Assembly (NCBI RefSeq): GCF_035538955.1
Contig: NZ_DATLJK010000013.1
Coordinates: forward strand, 159,922 to 223,921
Length of the DNA stretch: 64,000 nt
Reading direction: 5' to 3'
Source of the DNA: Hansschlegelia sp.
GTDB taxonomy: Bacteria > Pseudomonadota > Alphaproteobacteria > Rhizobiales > Methylopilaceae
Position numbers and translations under genes: made by a program. The stretch's first letter is position 1. Every line of letters begins with the position of its first letter. Below are positions 60,576 through 64,000 of the stretch, one piece after another. Below the pieces are notes generated by a model. The model saw nothing but the letters and a program-made list of their open reading frames with translations. It did not search any database and had not been told where the DNA came from.

Positions 60576-60593
60576 CGGCAACTAATTGCTGTC
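60576..60593. promoter_or_regulatory. Operator-like imperfect palindrome, copy 2 (CGGCAACTAATTGCTGTC)
   Basis: Identical to 59489-59506; 51 bp upstream of the DUF971 start. Confidence 0.6.
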
Positions 60594-60644
60594 GGGCGCC
60601 GGGCTTTGCGGGTCTTCTTTTCGAACGACGCGGAAGGGCCTGAC

Positions 60645-61022
60645 ATGCAGCATCCCCTGGAAAACATCGCCGCGCAGCAGCCGCCGTTCGACCCCGCGGA
60701 CGCGCCGGTCGAAGCGGTGCTCGGCCGCGGCGGCCGGGAGCTGCGCATGAGCTTCGCTGACGGCTCGACGGCCGCGGCGCCGGCCGAGACGCTGCGGCTG
60801 CGCTGCCGCTGCGCCTGGTGCACCCGCGCCCGCGTCGACGCCCGTTTTCCCGCCGCCTTCGCGGACGCCGCCATCGTCGCGGTTGAGCCGATGGGCGGTT
60901 ACGCGGTCCACCTGGTGTTCGCCGACGGCCACGACCGCGGGATTTTCCCCTGGAGCTATCTCCGCAGCCTCGCCCGCGAGGCGTCTGCGGCCGCGCACGC
61001 CGAGCCGGCGCAGGCCGCCTGA
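60645..61022 (+). CDS. DUF971 (gamma-butyrobetaine hydroxylase N-terminal-like) protein
   Basis: LRLRCRCAWC and GGYAVHLVFADGHDRGIFPWSYL. Confidence 0.9.
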   Translation: MQHPLENIAAQQPPFDPADAPVEAVLGRGGRELRMSFADGSTAAAPAETLRLRCRCAWCTRARVDARFPAAFADAAIVAVEPMGGYAVHLVFADGHDRGIFPWSYLRSLAREASAAAHAEPAQAA

Positions 61023-61052
61023 CCCCGCATCCCAAGCGATCCAACAGACGGA

Positions 61053-62810
61053 ATGACCTCGAACATGAGCGGAAGCGACATCAAGACCGAGATCATCGAG
61101 GCCGACATCCTCGTCATCGGCGGCGGCACCGGCGGCCCGATGGCGGCCATCAAGGCGAAGGAGGCCAATCCGGGCCTGCGCGTCGTCTTGATGGAGAAGG
61201 CCAACGTCAAGCGCTCCGGCGCGATCTCGATGGGCATGGACGGGCTGAACAACGCCATCGTGCCCGGCTACGCGACGCCCGAGCAGTATGTGAAGGAGAT
61301 CACCGTCGCGAATGACGGCATCGTCCACCAGAAGGCCGTGATGGCCTACGCGCAGGGCTCCTTCCCGATGATCCAGTACCTCGACAAGCTCGGGGTAAAG
61401 TTCGAGAAGGACGGCTCCGGCGAATACAACATGCGCAAGGTCCACCACATGGGGACCTACGTTCTGCCGATGCCGGAAGGTCACAACGTCAAGAAGGTGC
61501 TGTACCGGCAGCTGCGCCGCCTGCAGGTCTCGGTCACCAACCGCTACATGGCGACCCGGCTGCTGAAGGCCGAGGACGGCCGGATCGCCGGCGCGGTCGG
61601 CGTCAACACCCGCACCTCCGAGTTCCTGGTGGTGAGGGCGAAGGCCGTGGTGCTCGCCTGCGGCGCCGCCGGCCGTCTCGGCCTGCCGGCCTCCGGCTAC
61701 CTGTTCGGCACCTATGAGAACGCGGCCAATTGCGGCGACGGCTACGCGATGGCGTATCACGCCGGCGCCGAGCTCGCGAACCTCGAATGCTACCAGATCA
61801 ACCCGCTGATCAAGGACTATAACGGCCCGTCCTGCGCCTATGTCACGGGCCCGTTCGGCGGCTATACGGCGAACAACAAGGGCGACCGCTTCATCGAGTG
61901 CGACTATTGGTCGGGCCAGATGATGCTGGAGTTCTGGCGCGAGCTGCAGAGCGGGAACGGCCCGGTCTACCTCAAGATGGACCACCTCGCCGAGGAGACC
62001 ATCTCGGAGATCGAGACCATCCTGCACACCAACGAGCGGCCCTCGCGCGGCCGCTTCCACGAGGGCCGCGGCAACGACTACCGCAAGCGTCCCGTGGAGA
62101 TGCACATCTCGGAGATCGGCTTCTGCTCCGGCCACTCCGCCTCGGGGGTGTGGGTCGACGAGAACGCCCGCACCACGATCCCCGGTCTCTACGCCGTCGG
62201 CGACATGGCGAGCGTGCCGCACAACTACATGCTGGGCGCCTTCGTGAACGGCGGCATCGCCGGCGCGGACGCCGCCTCCTACTGCGAGAGCGCGGATCTG
62301 CCGGCCTATGACGCCGGCTATCTCGCCGCCGAGCAGGAGCGCGTGCTGGCCCCGACCCGCCGCGATGACGGGCTGACGCCGCACGAGATGGAGTTCAAGA
62401 CCCGCCGCCTCGTGAACGACTATCTCGAGCCGCCGAAGGTCACCGCCAAAATGGAGATCGGCCAGCGCCGCTTCGCCGAGATCCGCGAAGACCTGCAGCA
62501 CCTCTGCGCCACCGATCCGCACGAGCTGCACCGCGCGCTCGAAATGCAGTCGATCCTCGACTGCGCCGACATGGCGGCCGCGGCCTCGCTCTACAGGACC
62601 GAGAGCCGCTGGGGCTTCTATCATCTTCGGGTCGACCATCCCGAGACGAATGACGACGAGTGGTTCTGCCACACGATGCTGTTCAAGGACGAGTTCGGCC
62701 GCATGGCGCACCGGAAGCGTGAGGTCGCGCCTTACGTGGTGCGGGTCGAGGCGGACGAGATGGCCGCGTACCACCAGCTCCGCGTCAAGACGCCGGTCGC
62801 GGCCGAGTAA
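61053..62810 (+). CDS. FAD-dependent oxidoreductase, Sdh/Frd/APS-reductase-alpha superfamily
   Basis: GGGTGG FAD motif, KRSGAISMG, TIPGLYAVGD, RTESRWG; AprA-like signature. Confidence 0.9.
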   Translation: MTSNMSGSDIKTEIIEADILVIGGGTGGPMAAIKAKEANPGLRVVLMEKANVKRSGAISMGMDGLNNAIVPGYATPEQYVKEITVANDGIVHQKAVMAYAQGSFPMIQYLDKLGVKFEKDGSGEYNMRKVHHMGTYVLPMPEGHNVKKVLYRQLRRLQVSVTNRYMATRLLKAEDGRIAGAVGVNTRTSEFLVVRAKAVVLACGAAGRLGLPASGYLFGTYENAANCGDGYAMAYHAGAELANLECYQINPLIKDYNGPSCAYVTGPFGGYTANNKGDRFIECDYWSGQMMLEFWRELQSGNGPVYLKMDHLAEETISEIETILHTNERPSRGRFHEGRGNDYRKRPVEMHISEIGFCSGHSASGVWVDENARTTIPGLYAVGDMASVPHNYMLGAFVNGGIAGADAASYCESADLPAYDAGYLAAEQERVLAPTRRDDGLTPHEMEFKTRRLVNDYLEPPKVTAKMEIGQRRFAEIREDLQHLCATDPHELHRALEMQSILDCADMAAAASLYRTESRWGFYHLRVDHPETNDDEWFCHTMLFKDEFGRMAHRKREVAPYVVRVEADEMAAYHQLRVKTPVAAE

Positions 62811-62821
62811 GGAGAGAGCAA

Positions 62822-63055
62822 GTGCCGATCATCACCCAGCAGAAAAGCGCGGCCGTCGTGATCGACGACGCCAAGTGCATCGCCGAGAAGGGCTGCACGG
62901 TCTGCGTCGACGTCTGCCCTCTCGACATTCTCGCGATCGATGAAGGTCGCAAGAAAGCTTACATGAAGTACGACGAGTGCTGGTACTGCATGCCCTGCGA
63001 GGCCGACTGCCCGACCGGCGCGGTCAAGGTCAACATCCCCTATCTGCTGCGCTGA
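62822..63055 (+). CDS. 2x[4Fe-4S] ferredoxin (AprB-like)
   Basis: CIAEKGCTVCVDVCP and CWYCMPCEADCP; GTG start after GGAGAG. Confidence 0.93.
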   Translation: MPIITQQKSAAVVIDDAKCIAEKGCTVCVDVCPLDILAIDEGRKKAYMKYDECWYCMPCEADCPTGAVKVNIPYLLR

Positions 63056-63065
63056 GGAGGAAGCA

Positions 63066-64000
63066 ATGCCGCCTTTCGATCCGTTCGGCGACGATCTTGC
63101 GGATCTCAAGGAGCGGGCGACCGATCCCGATCCGGGCATCCGCCGGGTCGCGATGATGGAGCTCGCCGAGGAGGTCGGACCGGACGCCAAGGTCCTGCTG
63201 CTGACCGGCCTCGCCGATCCCGACGCGGAGGTTCGGGCGGCCGCCGCCAAGGCGCTCGACGAGCATGACGGGCCGGATGTCGTGGAGGGCCTCGTGGGTT
63301 CGCTCGAAGACCCCGATGTGGCGGTGCGGCAGAACGCGGCCGAGGCGCTCGCCGAGAAGAAGGAGCCGTCCTGCGGACCGCTTCTGATCGACCGCGCCCA
63401 GCACCCCGATCCGTTCGTCCAGGCGGCGGCGCTGCGCGCGCTGCGCGAACTCACCCTCCCGGACGCGCTCGCGGCGGCGCTGAAGGCCCTGCAGAACGAG
63501 AACGCCGAGGTGCGCCGCGAGGGGCTTGGCGTGATCGGCTGGCTCAAGGCCGAGGAGGCGCTGCCGGCGCTGATCGCGACCGCCTCGGACCCCGACGCGT
63601 CCGTCCGGCGCGCCACCATGTCGGCGCTGGTGTTCGTGCGGCCGGGCGGCCGCGGCGCGGCGACGCTCGTCGCCGGCCTCTCCGACCCGCACTGGCAGGT
63701 GCGGGAGGAGGCCGCCGCCTCGGTCGCCAAGATCCGGCTGCCCGAGGCCACAGTGCAGCTCATCCAGGCGATGGGCGACGAGGTCTGGCAGGTGCGGGTG
63801 AAAGCCGCCAACGCCCTCGGCCGTCTCAAGGCCGCGAGCGCGATCGAGGCGCTCGGGAGCAATCTCGAGAACGAGACCAGCAATGTCCGCAAGGAGTGCG
63901 CGGCGGCGCTCGGCGAGATCGCGGCCCCGCAGGCGCTGCGCTGGCTCGAACGCGCGATGGACGATCCCGATCCGGATGTCCGCAAGTTGATCCGCTGGGC
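63066..64000 (+). CDS. HEAT/PBS-lyase repeat protein (truncated by window end)
   Basis: ATG 63066 after GAGGAGG; repeats DPDPGIRRVA, DPDAEVRAAAAKAL, DPHWQVREEAA; open to the window end. Confidence 0.9.
   Translation, partial: MPPFDPFGDDLADLKERATDPDPGIRRVAMMELAEEVGPDAKVLLLTGLADPDAEVRAAAAKALDEHDGPDVVEGLVGSLEDPDVAVRQNAAEALAEKKEPSCGPLLIDRAQHPDPFVQAAALRALRELTLPDALAAALKALQNENAEVRREGLGVIGWLKAEEALPALIATASDPDASVRRATMSALVFVRPGGRGAATLVAGLSDPHWQVREEAAASVAKIRLPEATVQLIQAMGDEVWQVRVKAANALGRLKAASAIEALGSNLENETSNVRKECAAALGEIAAPQALRWLERAMDDPDPDVRKLIRW

Overview
High-GC alphaproteobacterial chromosome segment (Hyphomicrobiales-like; inferred from glnII, GAAC-N7-GAAC SOS boxes, C-minus L36 and the rph-rdgB-hemW/hrcA and mutS-glnD synteny). 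About 50 genes, mostly housekeeping, with several accessory blocks. (1) 1-4456: lower-GC block against the 3' end of tRNA-Arg(CCG), encoding a secreted single-HKD PLD-family protein, a GT4 glycosyltransferase and a LicD protein. (2) NYN-LOTUS gene divergent from a KaiC-like ATPase that is coupled to a hybrid histidine kinase. (3) Fe3+ ABC transporter. (4) SOS-boxed radical SAM gene plus a DUF4130-UdgX fusion. (5) RTX-repeat protein and rfbCBDA, with a roughly 450-nt hairpin-rich upstream region. (6) SOS-boxed imuA-imuB-dnaE2 followed co-directionally by a YegP-family gene, an orphan C5 DNA methyltransferase with no ATG/GTG/TTG before its motif I, vsr and a GAF-GGDEF-PilZ cyclase. (7) lepA, GstI-like/glnII, Tat-type formamidase, desaturase, glnD, mutS, hemW, rdgB, rph, hrcA. 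(8) Amidase/LysR/DMT genes and the start of a DUF971 / AprA-like flavoprotein / ferredoxin / HEAT-repeat cluster; an identical 18-bp operator-like motif precedes two of these units. No CRISPR array, rRNA, integrase or transposase was seen. Most promising leads: the methyltransferase start-codon anomaly, the UdgX/radical SAM module, the KaiC-like/pseudo-receiver kinase pair, the rfb leader structure and the AprAB-like cluster with its shared motif. All family calls come from motif recognition by eye; no database search was run.
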